Shown here: in pieces, positions 56,016 to 64,000 of the stretch
How the letters are laid out: each line of letters opens with the position of its first letter
Numbering within the stretch: the first letter of the stretch is position 1
Translations under genes and position numbers: made by a program
Assembly: GCA_035995325.1 (NCBI GenBank)
Contig: DASYKN010000055.1
Location: 13,753 to 77,752 of the forward strand
Source: Solirubrobacterales bacterium
GTDB taxonomy: Bacteria > Actinomycetota > Thermoleophilia > Solirubrobacterales > 70-9
Length of the DNA stretch: 64,000 nucleotides
Direction of reading: 5' to 3'
The notes under the pieces: generated by a model
Told to the model about the DNA's origin: nothing
What the model saw: the letters and a program-made list of their open reading frames with translations, nothing else
Databases searched by the model: none

Positions 56016-57475
56016 TCAGGCCGAAGCCAGCTAGGCACGGCGGAGGCTTGCTCGTCCGGCTCTATTGGACTGGGTGCCGGCCTCGTTTGGTTGGTCTCCG
56101 TTGGGGCTGCCTCAGGCTGAGGCGATCCCTCTGGCGTACTCGAGATCGTGTGCCGGGGGTCTTCTTCATGCGACGACTCCTTGGAGGAGAGCCGCGGCGC
56201 TTTTGGCTGCCAGTCCCTCAGACTTTCGACAAGGTCTCCATAAAAAGCGACCACCTGGCGGCGAGTCTCGAGCACGAACGAGCGCTCCCCTCTGCCACGC
56301 TTCGTCCCCAGCGGTCGGGCAAGCGAGAGGTTGAACGCGCGTGGGTCTCGCTTCGGATCGGTGGGCGACAGCAAGGCCTTTGGTTCTTCGAGGGCGTCAG
56401 ATAGGAGGAGCGCCGTCGTCTCCTTGGTCCGTGCGAACTGGACCTCTACTCGGAGGTCTTTCGGAGCGTTCGCCAGCTGGCGAAGAATCCAGTTCACTTG
56501 AGTGAGCGGCCGTCCGTCCTTGGGCGCCGCGACCTTGACCGTGGTTCGAGTCAGGCGTGCGCGTAGATCGGCTTCGACGTCTATTGGCCCTACTGCGTCG
56601 GGGACGCGGAAAGAGCCGGTCAGCTTGCCCCCTTCTTCCAAGCTGCACAAAAGCGACTCAGTCCACTGTTCGCCCTGCTTCGTCTGCGATTGCGTGGATG
56701 AGACCTGAACGCCCAAATCCTGGCTCAACCCGAGGCAGAGGTACTCCATGAACTGCTCCCACCTATCGACTACATCCCGCACGCCCGAGTCCGCGATCCG
56801 GACCGTGCCGTCGCGAGCGGAGTTCCTAACCTGGACCCAGTTCTGGCCCATGTCCTCGAAGCCGACGGCGCCTGACCTTTCGTGCTCGAGATAGGCGATC
56901 AACTCGCCGAGGATCCAAGCCTGGTCCGGATCCTTGACGCCGCGATGCTGATGCTGCATTACTGCCTCGGTCAGGATTCGCCACCAAGAGAGGTGGCGAA
57001 GCTCAACGCTTCGAAGCTTGCGGCGATCCACCACGACCGGCACCTCCGTCGGACCGCCGCTGATCTGATTCGAGACGGTCAGAACGGCATCAAAGCCGTG
57101 ATCCCGCGCCAGATCCAGATAGCTGGATACCTGGCTGGGATCCAAGGGTGCGTTCCCGGTCTTCACCTCGACCAGGCATCTCCAGGACTTTTTTCCTCTT
57201 TCCACAACGATCGCACCGTCTGGCCTGAGGATCTTTCCGTCGGGTGCCTCGAGAGGAACCTCGGTAAACGTCGAGATCCGCCCGGCGGGAGCGCCTACGT
57301 CTCGCAGCAGCCCGCGCCCAAACTCGTCAACCGCCCCCATAACTGCGAGCAGGGAAGAGGCAGCCCGGATCTCCTGCTCGTCCTGACCGCGGATTCCGGC
57401 CACAGGGATCAACCGTGCTGGCATCCATGCCTTTGCAGCTTGCGTCATCGTTTTGCTCGGGTCTTTTTGCGGCAT
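56012..57475 (-). CDS. Hypothetical 487-aa protein: N-terminal PD-(D/E)xK nuclease-like core plus an uncharacterised C-terminal region
   Basis: ILRPDGAIVVERGKKSWRCLVEVKTG (PD ... E-x-K). The rest is unrecognised, with a P/E/S-rich tail. Visibly lower G+C. 4-nt convergent overlap with the LOG gene. Confidence 0.6.
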   Translation of the reverse strand: MPQKDPSKTMTQAAKAWMPARLIPVAGIRGQDEQEIRAASSLLAVMGAVDEFGRGLLRDVGAPAGRISTFTEVPLEAPDGKILRPDGAIVVERGKKSWRCLVEVKTGNAPLDPSQVSSYLDLARDHGFDAVLTVSNQISGGPTEVPVVVDRRKLRSVELRHLSWWRILTEAVMQHQHRGVKDPDQAWILGELIAYLEHERSGAVGFEDMGQNWVQVRNSARDGTVRIADSGVRDVVDRWEQFMEYLCLGLSQDLGVQVSSTQSQTKQGEQWTESLLCSLEEGGKLTGSFRVPDAVGPIDVEADLRARLTRTTVKVAAPKDGRPLTQVNWILRQLANAPKDLRVEVQFARTKETTALLLSDALEEPKALLSPTDPKRDPRAFNLSLARPLGTKRGRGERSFVLETRRQVVAFYGDLVESLRDWQPKAPRLSSKESSHEEDPRHTISSTPEGSPQPEAAPTETNQTRPAPSPIEPDEQASAVPSWLRPD

Positions 57476-57532
57476 ATGCCCAACCTATCGGCAGACAGGA
57501 CACCATCGTCTGCAATGAACCCGAGGTTGCAT

Positions 57533-57566
57533 CCAGAAAAGAGAACGGCCCGCATATGCGGGCCGT
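57533..57566 (-). terminator. Rho-independent-type terminator (minus strand)
   Basis: On the minus strand, ACGGCCCGCATATGCGGGCCGT (a perfect 22-nt palindrome: 9-bp GC-rich stem plus 4-nt loop) is followed by TCTCTTTTCTGG. Confidence 0.6.
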
Positions 57567-57624
57567 CTCAAATCGGGGTTGCCGCCGAACTTCACGACCC
57601 CACCCTCACGTTTTTCGATCATAG

Positions 57625-57695
57625 CGCCCCGAGCGGGAGTCGAACCCGCCAACCCCCGCTTCGTGAGGGCAGGGTCCGCGTCCGGCGGCCGGGGC
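57625..57695 (-). pseudogene. tRNA-like sequence (decayed tRNA or att remnant)
   Basis: The reverse complement is GCCCCGGCCGCCGGACGCGGACCCTGCCCTCACGAAGCGGGGGTTGGCGGGTTCGACTCCCGCTCGGGGCG. It has a good 7-bp acceptor stem, a GCGGG-TTCGACT-CCCGC T-arm and a CUCACGA anticodon-loop-like heptamer. The D-arm is not canonical and positions 8/9 are missing. Confidence 0.35.
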
Positions 57696-57802
57696 GTTCG
57701 CCGCGGCCACGACGGAGCGAACCTATTGCGGAAGATCTAACGCGTCTTTCACACACTCACACGACTGTGTGAACTCTTTAGGGCGCCCCGGAGAACAGCC
57801 GG

Positions 57803-59419
57803 CTAGTGCCGGAAGTGCCGGTGCTTGGTGAAGACCATCGCGACGCCACCGGCGTCGCAGGCCTCGATGACCTCGCCGTCGCGTTTGGAGCCGCCCGGCT
57901 GGATCACGGCGTTGGAGCCGGCCTGGATCCCCAGCTCGGGGCCGTCGGCGAAGGGGAAGAAGGCGTCGGAGGCGAGGGCGGAGCCGGCCAGCAGCGCCTC
58001 GGCCTCCTCGCCGCGGGCGTCGCGGCACTTCTCGACCGCGAGGCGGACCGAGTCGACGCGGCTCATCTGGCCGGCGCCGATGCCGAGGGTGGCGCCGTCC
58101 TTGGCGATCACGATCGCGTTGGAGCGGACCCGGCGGCAGACGGTCCAGGCGAAGAGCAGGTCCTGCCACTGCTCCTCGCTCGGCTGCGTGGCGGTCACCA
58201 CCTCCATGATCTCCTGCGGCTCGGGGTCGCCGTCGCGGTCCTGGACCAGCAGCCCGCCGTGGACCCGCTTGACGTCGCGCTCGCGCGGGTCGGCCTGGCG
58301 GCGCTCCTCCTCGCAGAGGATCCGAATCGCCTCCTTCTGCTGCAGCACCGCCAGCGCCCCGTGCTCGTAGTCGGGCGCGCTCAGCACCTCGACGAAGTTC
58401 TTGTGCAGCTCCTCGGCCAGCCCGCTGCTGACCGGGCGGTTGAGAGCGATCACGCCGCCGTAGGCGGAGACCGGGTCGCAGGCGAGCGCCTTCAGGTAGG
58501 CCTCGAGCGCGTCGGCGCCGATCGCCACCCCGCAGGGGTTGTTGTGCTTGACGATCACGCAGGCCGGCTGCTCGAAGTCGTCGACCAGGCCGCGGGCCGA
58601 GTCGAGGTCGAGGACGTTGTTGAAGGAGAGCGCCTTGCCGTGCAGCTTCGAGACCCGCGAGAGGATGTGGCTGCGGGCGCCGGCGTCGGCGTAGAGCGCC
58701 GCCCGCTGATGCGGGTTCTCGCCGTAGGAGAGGTCGAGGACCTTCTCGTAGGCGACCGCCAGGTGTTCCGGGAAGTCCTCGTACTCGGCCGAGAACCAGC
58801 GGCTGATCGCGGCGTCGTAGCGCGCGGTCTGGGCGAAGGCCTCGTTGGCCAGCCAGTGCCGGGTCGAGGCCGAGATCTCGCCGCCGCTCTCCTCCAGCTC
58901 GGCGCTGACCGCGTCGTAGGCCTCGGGCTTGACGACGACGGCGACGCCCTCGTGGTTCTTGGCGGCGGCGCGGATCATCGTCGGCCCGCCGATGTCGATG
59001 TTCTCGATCGCCACCTCGGGCGCGACGTCGGCGCCAGCAACGGTCTGCTCGAAGGGGTAGAGGTTGACGCAGACGATGTCGATCGGCTCGATCCCCTCGC
59101 GCGCCAGCGTCGCCATGTGGTCGGGGTCGCCGCGCCGCGCCAGCAGCGCCGCGTGCAGCCGCGGGTGCAGGGTCTTGACGCGGCCGTCGAGGATCTCCTC
59201 CTGGCCGGTGAACTCGGAGACGTCGGTCACCTCGAGCCCCGCCTCGCGCAGGGCGCTGGCGGTGCCGCCGGTGGAGAGAATCTCGACCCCGAGCGCCGCC
59301 AGGCTCTTGGCGAAGTCGGCGACGCCGGTCTTGTCGGAGACCGAGATCAGCGCCCGGCGCACCTGGATCGCGCCGTTCTCGGCGTTCTCCTCGCGGGTGT
59401 CGGCGGTTGCCTCAGTCAT
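57803..59419 (-). CDS. purH: Bifunctional AICAR transformylase / IMP cyclohydrolase
   Basis: RALISVSDKTG...GGTA...VCVNLYPF...KHNNPCG...VIQPGGSKRD. Confidence 0.96.
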   Translation of the reverse strand: MTEATADTREENAENGAIQVRRALISVSDKTGVADFAKSLAALGVEILSTGGTASALREAGLEVTDVSEFTGQEEILDGRVKTLHPRLHAALLARRGDPDHMATLAREGIEPIDIVCVNLYPFEQTVAGADVAPEVAIENIDIGGPTMIRAAAKNHEGVAVVVKPEAYDAVSAELEESGGEISASTRHWLANEAFAQTARYDAAISRWFSAEYEDFPEHLAVAYEKVLDLSYGENPHQRAALYADAGARSHILSRVSKLHGKALSFNNVLDLDSARGLVDDFEQPACVIVKHNNPCGVAIGADALEAYLKALACDPVSAYGGVIALNRPVSSGLAEELHKNFVEVLSAPDYEHGALAVLQQKEAIRILCEEERRQADPRERDVKRVHGGLLVQDRDGDPEPQEIMEVVTATQPSEEQWQDLLFAWTVCRRVRSNAIVIAKDGATLGIGAGQMSRVDSVRLAVEKCRDARGEEAEALLAGSALASDAFFPFADGPELGIQAGSNAVIQPGGSKRDGEVIEACDAGGVAMVFTKHRHFRH

Positions 59420-60032
59420 CGATCACGACGGTCCGGGGATCGTCGGCGTCGATCCTAACCCGGCCCTCCGCGATCATGCGGATCGCCTCCGGGTAGAGCT
59501 GGTGCTCGACCGCGTGGATCGAGGCCTCCAGCACCTGCCGCTCGCGCCCGACCGGCACCGGCACGCGCCGCTGCAGGATCGTCGGGCCGGTGTCGACTCC
59601 CTCGTCGACGAAGTGGACGGTGACGCCGGTCTCCTGCGCGCCCGCCGCCAGCGCCTGGCCGATCGCGTCGAGGCCGGGGAACTGCGGCAGCAGGGCGGGG
59701 TGGACGTTGACGATGCGGCCGCGGAAGCGGGCGACGAACGGTTCGCTCAGCAGCTGCATGTAGCCGGCGAGGACGACGAGGTCGGCGCGGTGCGCCCCGA
59801 CCCAGTCGGCCAGCGCCGCGTCGCGCCCGAGCCGGTCCTCATAGGCCTCGGCGGGGAAGACCGCGGTCTCGACCCCGGCGGCGACCGCGCGCTCCAGCGC
59901 CTTCGCCCCGGGCTTGTCGGAGCCGACGCCGACGACCTCGATCCCGTCGCTGCCGTGTAACTGGTCGAGGATCGCCTGCAGATTGGTGCCGCCGCCGGAG
60001 GCGAGGACGACGAGCTTGAAGGTGCCGGCCAT
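59412..60032 (-). CDS. purN: Phosphoribosylglycinamide formyltransferase
   Basis: LVVLASGGGTNLQAILD...IVNVHPALLP...GVTVHFVDEGVDTGP. ATG at 60032 (alternative 60041) inside ORF 59412..60905. 8-nt overlap with purH. Confidence 0.92.
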   Translation of the reverse strand: MAGTFKLVVLASGGGTNLQAILDQLHGSDGIEVVGVGSDKPGAKALERAVAAGVETAVFPAEAYEDRLGRDAALADWVGAHRADLVVLAGYMQLLSEPFVARFRGRIVNVHPALLPQFPGLDAIGQALAAGAQETGVTVHFVDEGVDTGPTILQRRVPVPVGRERQVLEASIHAVEHQLYPEAIRMIAEGRVRIDADDPRTVVIDD

Positions 60033-60098
60033 TGGCGGCATCTTCGCGCAGGACCGGGACCAGCGGTGAACTCGGCTCCGCCGTCTTAGGATCGACCG

Positions 60099-61058
60099 AT
60101 GACCTTCCTCGAGCGGCTTGGCGTCGCGGTACCCGTTGTCCAGGCGGGGATGGGAGGCGGCCTCAGCCGCCACGAGCTGGCGGCCGCCGTCTCCGAGGCG
60201 GGCGGGCTGGGGACGATCGCGGTCAGCGGCGCCGTCGCGATCGAGCGCCAGCTCGCCGCCGCCAGGGCGTTGACCGCGGCGCCGCTGGCGGTCAACCTGC
60301 TGCTTCCCTTTGCCACCCGGGCATGGTTCGAAGCGGCCGCCGCCGCTGACGTGGTCGTGACTTTTTGGGGGCGGCCGCGGCGGCGCGTCCCGGGCGTCTG
60401 GATCCACCAGTGCGGCTCGGTCGCGGAGGCGCGCTCGGCCCACGCCGCCGGCGCCGATGCGGTGATCGTCCAGGGCGTCGAGGCCGGCGGCCATGTGCGC
60501 GGCTCGATCCCGGCGCTGGAGCTGCACGAGCGGGTCAGGGCAGAGCTGCCCGGCGGCTTCCCCACCCTTCTCGCCGGCGGCATCGCCGAGCGCGCCGACG
60601 TCGCCGTGGCGCTGGAGGCGGGCGCGATCGGGGCGGTTGCGGGGACGCGCTTCCTGCTCAGCGAGGAGAGCCGCGCCCATCCCGCCTACCGGCAGCAGCT
60701 GCTGGAGGCGAGCGAGACGGTGCTGACCGAGTTGTTCGGGGCTGGCTGGCCGGCGCCCCACCGCGTTGTCGAGAACGCCGCCACCCGGCGCTGGCTCGCC
60801 GGCGACTCCCGCGGCCCGCGTCTGAACCGGGCGCTGAACCGCCTCTCCGCTCCGGGAGCCCGCTGGCTCCCGGCCTCGATCCAGCTTCGCCTCGCCACCG
60901 CCCAACGCCCCGGCAGCCGCCTGCTGACGCCGGCCGGGCCGACCGACGACGGGCCGTCGAACCTAGTCGACGCCGGTCCGCTGTACGCGGGGGAGACGGT
61001 CGCCCGCATCCGCGACGTCGGCCCCGCCGCCGCGATCGTCGCCGCGCTGACGCCCTAG
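60099..61058 (+). CDS. Nitronate monooxygenase / FMN-dependent enoyl-reductase-like protein
   Basis: PVVQAGMGGGLS...GADAVIVQGVEAGGHV...AGGIA motifs. Confidence 0.85.
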   Translation: MTFLERLGVAVPVVQAGMGGGLSRHELAAAVSEAGGLGTIAVSGAVAIERQLAAARALTAAPLAVNLLLPFATRAWFEAAAAADVVVTFWGRPRRRVPGVWIHQCGSVAEARSAHAAGADAVIVQGVEAGGHVRGSIPALELHERVRAELPGGFPTLLAGGIAERADVAVALEAGAIGAVAGTRFLLSEESRAHPAYRQQLLEASETVLTELFGAGWPAPHRVVENAATRRWLAGDSRGPRLNRALNRLSAPGARWLPASIQLRLATAQRPGSRLLTPAGPTDDGPSNLVDAGPLYAGETVARIRDVGPAAAIVAALTP

Positions 61059-62500
61059 GAGCTGGCGGGCACGACGGCGATCTCCTCGAGCGCGAACTTC
61101 CCGTTCGCGTCGTCGGGGTCGCCGAGCGGGTAGAAGCCGCTGAAGCAGGCGTCGCAGTGTTCGTTCGCGTCGCCCTCGATCGCCTCGTAGACGCCCTCCA
61201 TCGAGAGGTAGGCGAGCGAGTCGGCGTCGAGCTCCTCGGCGATCTCCTGGATGCTGCGCTTGTGGGCGATCATCTCCTCGCGGGTCGACATGTCGACGCC
61301 GTAGTGGCAGGGGTTGCGGATCGGCGGCGCCGAGATCCGCAGGTGGACCTCTTTGGCGCCGGCGTCGCGCAGCATGCCGACGATCTGCCGGGTCGTGTTG
61401 CCGCGCACGATCGAGTCGTCGACGACGACGATCCGCTGGCCGGAGACGATCTCCGGCAGCGGGTTGAACTTCAGCCGCAGGCCGTGCTTGCGCAGCTCCT
61501 GGCCGGGCTGAATGAAGGTCCGGGCCACGTAGCGGTTCTTGATCAGGCCGTCGTCACGTGGCAGCCCCGAGGCGCGCGCGAACCCCGCCGCCGCCGGGTT
61601 GCCGGAGTCCGGCACCGCGATCACCAGGTCGGCTTCGACCGGCGACTCGCGCCAGAGGATCTCGCCCATCCGCCCGCGCGACTGCTGTAGCACTTTGCCC
61701 TCGAGGCGGCTGTCGGGGCGGGAGAAGTAGATGTGCTCGAAGACGCAGGTGGCGCGGCGCTCGGTCTTGACCACCTGGCGCGTCTCCAGCCCGCGCTCGG
61801 TCAGGCTGACCATCTCGCCGGGATGCACCTCGCGCATCAGTTCGGCGCCGATGATGTCGAAGGCGCAGCTCTCCGAAGCGACGACGAAGCGGTCGCCGAG
61901 CCGGCCCAGCGAGAGCGGCCGGATCCCGTGCGGGTCGCGGAAGGCGACGATCGCGTGCTTGGTCATGACCACGGTCGAGTAGGCGCCCTGCAGGCGCGGC
62001 ATCACGTCGGCGACCGCGTCCTCGATCAGCTTGCCGCCGTGGGAGGAGAGCAGGGCGGCGATGATCTCCGAGTCGGAGGTGCCGCGGAAGTCGATCCCCA
62101 GCTCCTTCAGCGCCGCCCACAGCTCGACCGCGTTGGTCAGGTTGCCGTTGTGGGCCAACGCCACCTCGCGGCCGTCGTCGCGCCAGACCGGCTGCGCGTT
62201 CTCCCAGGAGCCGCCGCCGGTGGTCGAGTAGCGCACGTGGCCGATCGCCATGTCGCCCTCGAGCGCCCGCAGCTTCTCCTCGTCGAAGACCTGGGAGACG
62301 AGGCCGGAGTCGCGCAGGGTGGTGATGTGGCCGCCCTCGCAGGTGGCGATCCCGGCCGACTCCTGGCCGCGGTGCTGCAGCGCGTAGAGGCTGAAGTAGG
62401 CGAGGCGGGCGACATCGTGGCCCGGTGCGTATACGCCGAATACCCCACACTCGTCGCGGGGGCCATCGCGGTCGGTCAAGGGCCGCTCGGCGGTAGTCAA
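61055..62500 (-). CDS. purF: Amidophosphoribosyltransferase
   Basis: ECGVFGVY N-terminal nucleophile, HRGQESAGI, VVVDDSIVRGNT, and Cys ligands in the C-terminal region. Confidence 0.96.
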   Translation of the reverse strand: MTTAERPLTDRDGPRDECGVFGVYAPGHDVARLAYFSLYALQHRGQESAGIATCEGGHITTLRDSGLVSQVFDEEKLRALEGDMAIGHVRYSTTGGGSWENAQPVWRDDGREVALAHNGNLTNAVELWAALKELGIDFRGTSDSEIIAALLSSHGGKLIEDAVADVMPRLQGAYSTVVMTKHAIVAFRDPHGIRPLSLGRLGDRFVVASESCAFDIIGAELMREVHPGEMVSLTERGLETRQVVKTERRATCVFEHIYFSRPDSRLEGKVLQQSRGRMGEILWRESPVEADLVIAVPDSGNPAAAGFARASGLPRDDGLIKNRYVARTFIQPGQELRKHGLRLKFNPLPEIVSGQRIVVVDDSIVRGNTTRQIVGMLRDAGAKEVHLRISAPPIRNPCHYGVDMSTREEMIAHKRSIQEIAEELDADSLAYLSMEGVYEAIEGDANEHCDACFSGFYPLGDPDDANGKFALEEIAVVPASS

Positions 62501-62625
62501 GAGCGCGTGTTCCTCGCTGATAGAGAGACGGGACGCGCAGGCGGACTGCCTACTCCGGCAGGGTAGCAGCGGCGGGTGGTCGTTCCGGCGCCCCCGAATA
62601 GCCGCGATTTGCGGCTATCTCCGGG

Positions 62626-63798
62626 CTACTTCCGCAGGCTCTTGCCGTCCTCCGGGTCGAAGAGGTGGAGCTTGGCGGTGTCCGCCCACAGCTCCGTCCG
62701 CTCGCCGCGCTTGACCTCGCTGGTCGGGTCGAGGCGGGCGACCACCTGCTCCTCGCCCTCGCGGATGTTGGCGGCGCCGGTCTCGTCGAGCCGGTCCTCG
62801 ACCAGGTCGGCGAGCTGGTCGGACTGGACCCCTTCGGACTCGACGTGGAAGTAGGCGAAGAGGTCGGAGCCGAGCGACTCGACCAGGTCGATCTCGGCCT
62901 CGAAGACGACGCCGCGCTCCTGCTTGAGGTCGCCGACCACGCTGGCGTCCTCGAAGTTCTCCGGCCGCAGCCCGGCGACGACCTTGCCGTCGCCGTGTCC
63001 GCCCGCGAGGTCGCCGGCGTCGACCTCGCCGATCGGCAACTTCAGCTTGCCGCCGCTCAGCTCCGCCGGCATGAAGTTCATCGCCGGCGAGCCGATGAAG
63101 CCGGCGACGAAGAGGTTCTTCGGCGAGTCGTACAGTTCGGCCGGCGTGCCGACCTGCTGCAGGACGCCGGCCCGCATCACCGCGACCCGGTCGCCGAGCG
63201 TCATCGCCTCGGTCTGGTCGTGGGTGACGTAGACCATCGTCGTCTCCAGCTGCGACTGCAGCCGCGCCACCTCGGTCCGCATCTGCACCCGTAGCTTCGC
63301 GTCGAGGTTGGAGAGCGGCTCGTCCATCAGGAAGGCCTTCGGGTCGCGCACGATCGCCCTTCCCATCGCCACCCGCTGGCGCTGGCCGCCGGAGAGGTTG
63401 GCGGGGCGGCGGTCGAGGTGCTGGGTGAGGTCGAGCGTCTTCGCCGCCGCCTCGACCTTCTTGTCGATCTCGTCCTTGTCGACCTTGGCCAGCTTCAGGG
63501 CGAAGCCCATGTTCTCGCGCACGGTCATGTGCGGGTAGAGCGCGTAGTTCTGGAAGACCATGGCGATGTCGCGGTCCTTCGGCGCGCGGTCGTTGACGAC
63601 GTCGCCGCCGATCTTCAGCTCGCCCGAGGAGATGTCCTCGAGCCCGGCGATCATCCGCAGCGCCGTCGACTTGCCGCAGCCGGACGGGCCGACGAGGATC
63701 ATGAACTCGCCGTCGGCGATGTCGAGGCTCATCTCCTTGACGGCTTCGAAACCGTCGGCGAAGACCTTGCTGACCCCATCGAGGACTATCTCTGACAT
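62626..63798 (-). CDS. Sugar ABC transporter ATP-binding protein (MalK/UgpC/MsiK-like)
   Basis: GPSGCGKST, LSGGQRQRVAMGRA, FLMDEPLSNLD and a C-terminal TOBE-like regulatory domain. Confidence 0.93.
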   Translation of the reverse strand: MSEIVLDGVSKVFADGFEAVKEMSLDIADGEFMILVGPSGCGKSTALRMIAGLEDISSGELKIGGDVVNDRAPKDRDIAMVFQNYALYPHMTVRENMGFALKLAKVDKDEIDKKVEAAAKTLDLTQHLDRRPANLSGGQRQRVAMGRAIVRDPKAFLMDEPLSNLDAKLRVQMRTEVARLQSQLETTMVYVTHDQTEAMTLGDRVAVMRAGVLQQVGTPAELYDSPKNLFVAGFIGSPAMNFMPAELSGGKLKLPIGEVDAGDLAGGHGDGKVVAGLRPENFEDASVVGDLKQERGVVFEAEIDLVESLGSDLFAYFHVESEGVQSDQLADLVEDRLDETGAANIREGEEQVVARLDPTSEVKRGERTELWADTAKLHLFDPEDGKSLRK

Positions 63799-63811
63799 CG
63801 GTGTTGCTCCT

Positions 63812-64000
63812 TTATCCCTTGACGGCGCCGGCGGTGAGGCCGGCGACGATTCGGCGCTGGAAGAAGAGGACGAAGACGATGATCGGCACCGTCACCACAA
63901 CCGCCGCGGCGGCGATGCTGCCGGTCGGCTGGGTGAACGACGACTCGCCGGTGAAGAAGGCGAGCGCCGCCGGCACGGTGCGCGAGGCATCGGATGAAGT
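63812..64000 (-). CDS. Carbohydrate ABC transporter permease, C-terminal part (continues beyond the window)
   Basis: The reverse translation ends ...[25 protein letters not shown], the typical MalG/UgpE-type C-terminus. Stop codon at 63812-63814. Confidence 0.8.
   Translation of the reverse strand, partial: TSSDASRTVPAALAFFTGESSFTQPTGSIAAAAVVVTVPIIVFVLFFQRRIVAGLTAGAVKG

Noticed and set aside
57625-57695. Whether the tRNA-like sequence is the 3' domain of tmRNA or a tRNA-Sec.
   Set aside because: There is no G3:U70 Ala-type acceptor or ...TCCACCA end as in tmRNA. There is no UCA anticodon, 8-bp acceptor or long variable arm as in tRNA-Sec.
62590-62615. The hairpin ATAGCCGC-gattt-GCGGCTAT downstream of the sugar ABC ATPase gene, considered as a terminator.
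   Set aside because: It has only an 8-bp stem and no U-tract on the relevant (minus) strand. That is too weak to annotate as a feature.

Overview
This is a high-GC chromosomal window. The gene content looks like Actinomycetota (Thermoleophilia/Rubrobacteria type), but I cannot verify taxonomy without a database. All product calls come from motifs I recognised in the supplied translations; I ran no BLAST or HMM searches.

Most of the window is housekeeping:
- Secreted beta-helix, NHL and PD40 repeat proteins.
- TetR and MarR regulators.
- xthA and a stand-alone LigD polymerase domain.
- A GGDEF cyclase.
- A stress block (17.3-29.8 kb) with a Zn-ribbon-STAS antagonist, a MEDS/HATPase anti-sigma protein, a group-3 sigma factor, Hsp20, dnaK-grpE-cbpA-cbpM, an aldehyde dehydrogenase and YceI.
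- A DrrAB-like ABC exporter.
- lipB-lipA.
- An lpd-pdhABC-type 2-oxoacid dehydrogenase operon.
- thiE, and thiO plus a thiS-thiG fusion behind a TPP riboswitch.
- purH-purN and purF.
- A sugar ABC transporter.
- Three tRNAs: Ala-CGC, Ala-UGC and Lys-UUU.

The unusual part is a family of visibly lower-GC two-gene cassettes:
- Each is bounded by the same 42-nt 3' fragment of tRNA-Ala(CGC) plus a shared flank of up to about 130 nt.
- Two are stacked next to the intact tRNA (29.9-36.1 kb) and one lies 13 kb upstream (14.8-17.2 kb).
- None encodes a recognisable recombinase.
- The cargoes look like conflict or defence modules: (i) a PD-(D/E)xK + DGQHR/DndB-like + HEPN protein coupled to a Dam-like methyltransferase; (ii) a DprA/SLOG-like protein with a ComF-like phosphoribosyltransferase; (iii) a PD-(D/E)xK-like protein with a GIY-YIG-like protein.

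A fourth low-GC islet (56.0-57.7 kb) holds a 487-aa PD-(D/E)xK-fused protein next to a decayed tRNA-like sequence.

Many long overlapping ORFs in the track are high-GC antisense shadows and were not annotated.
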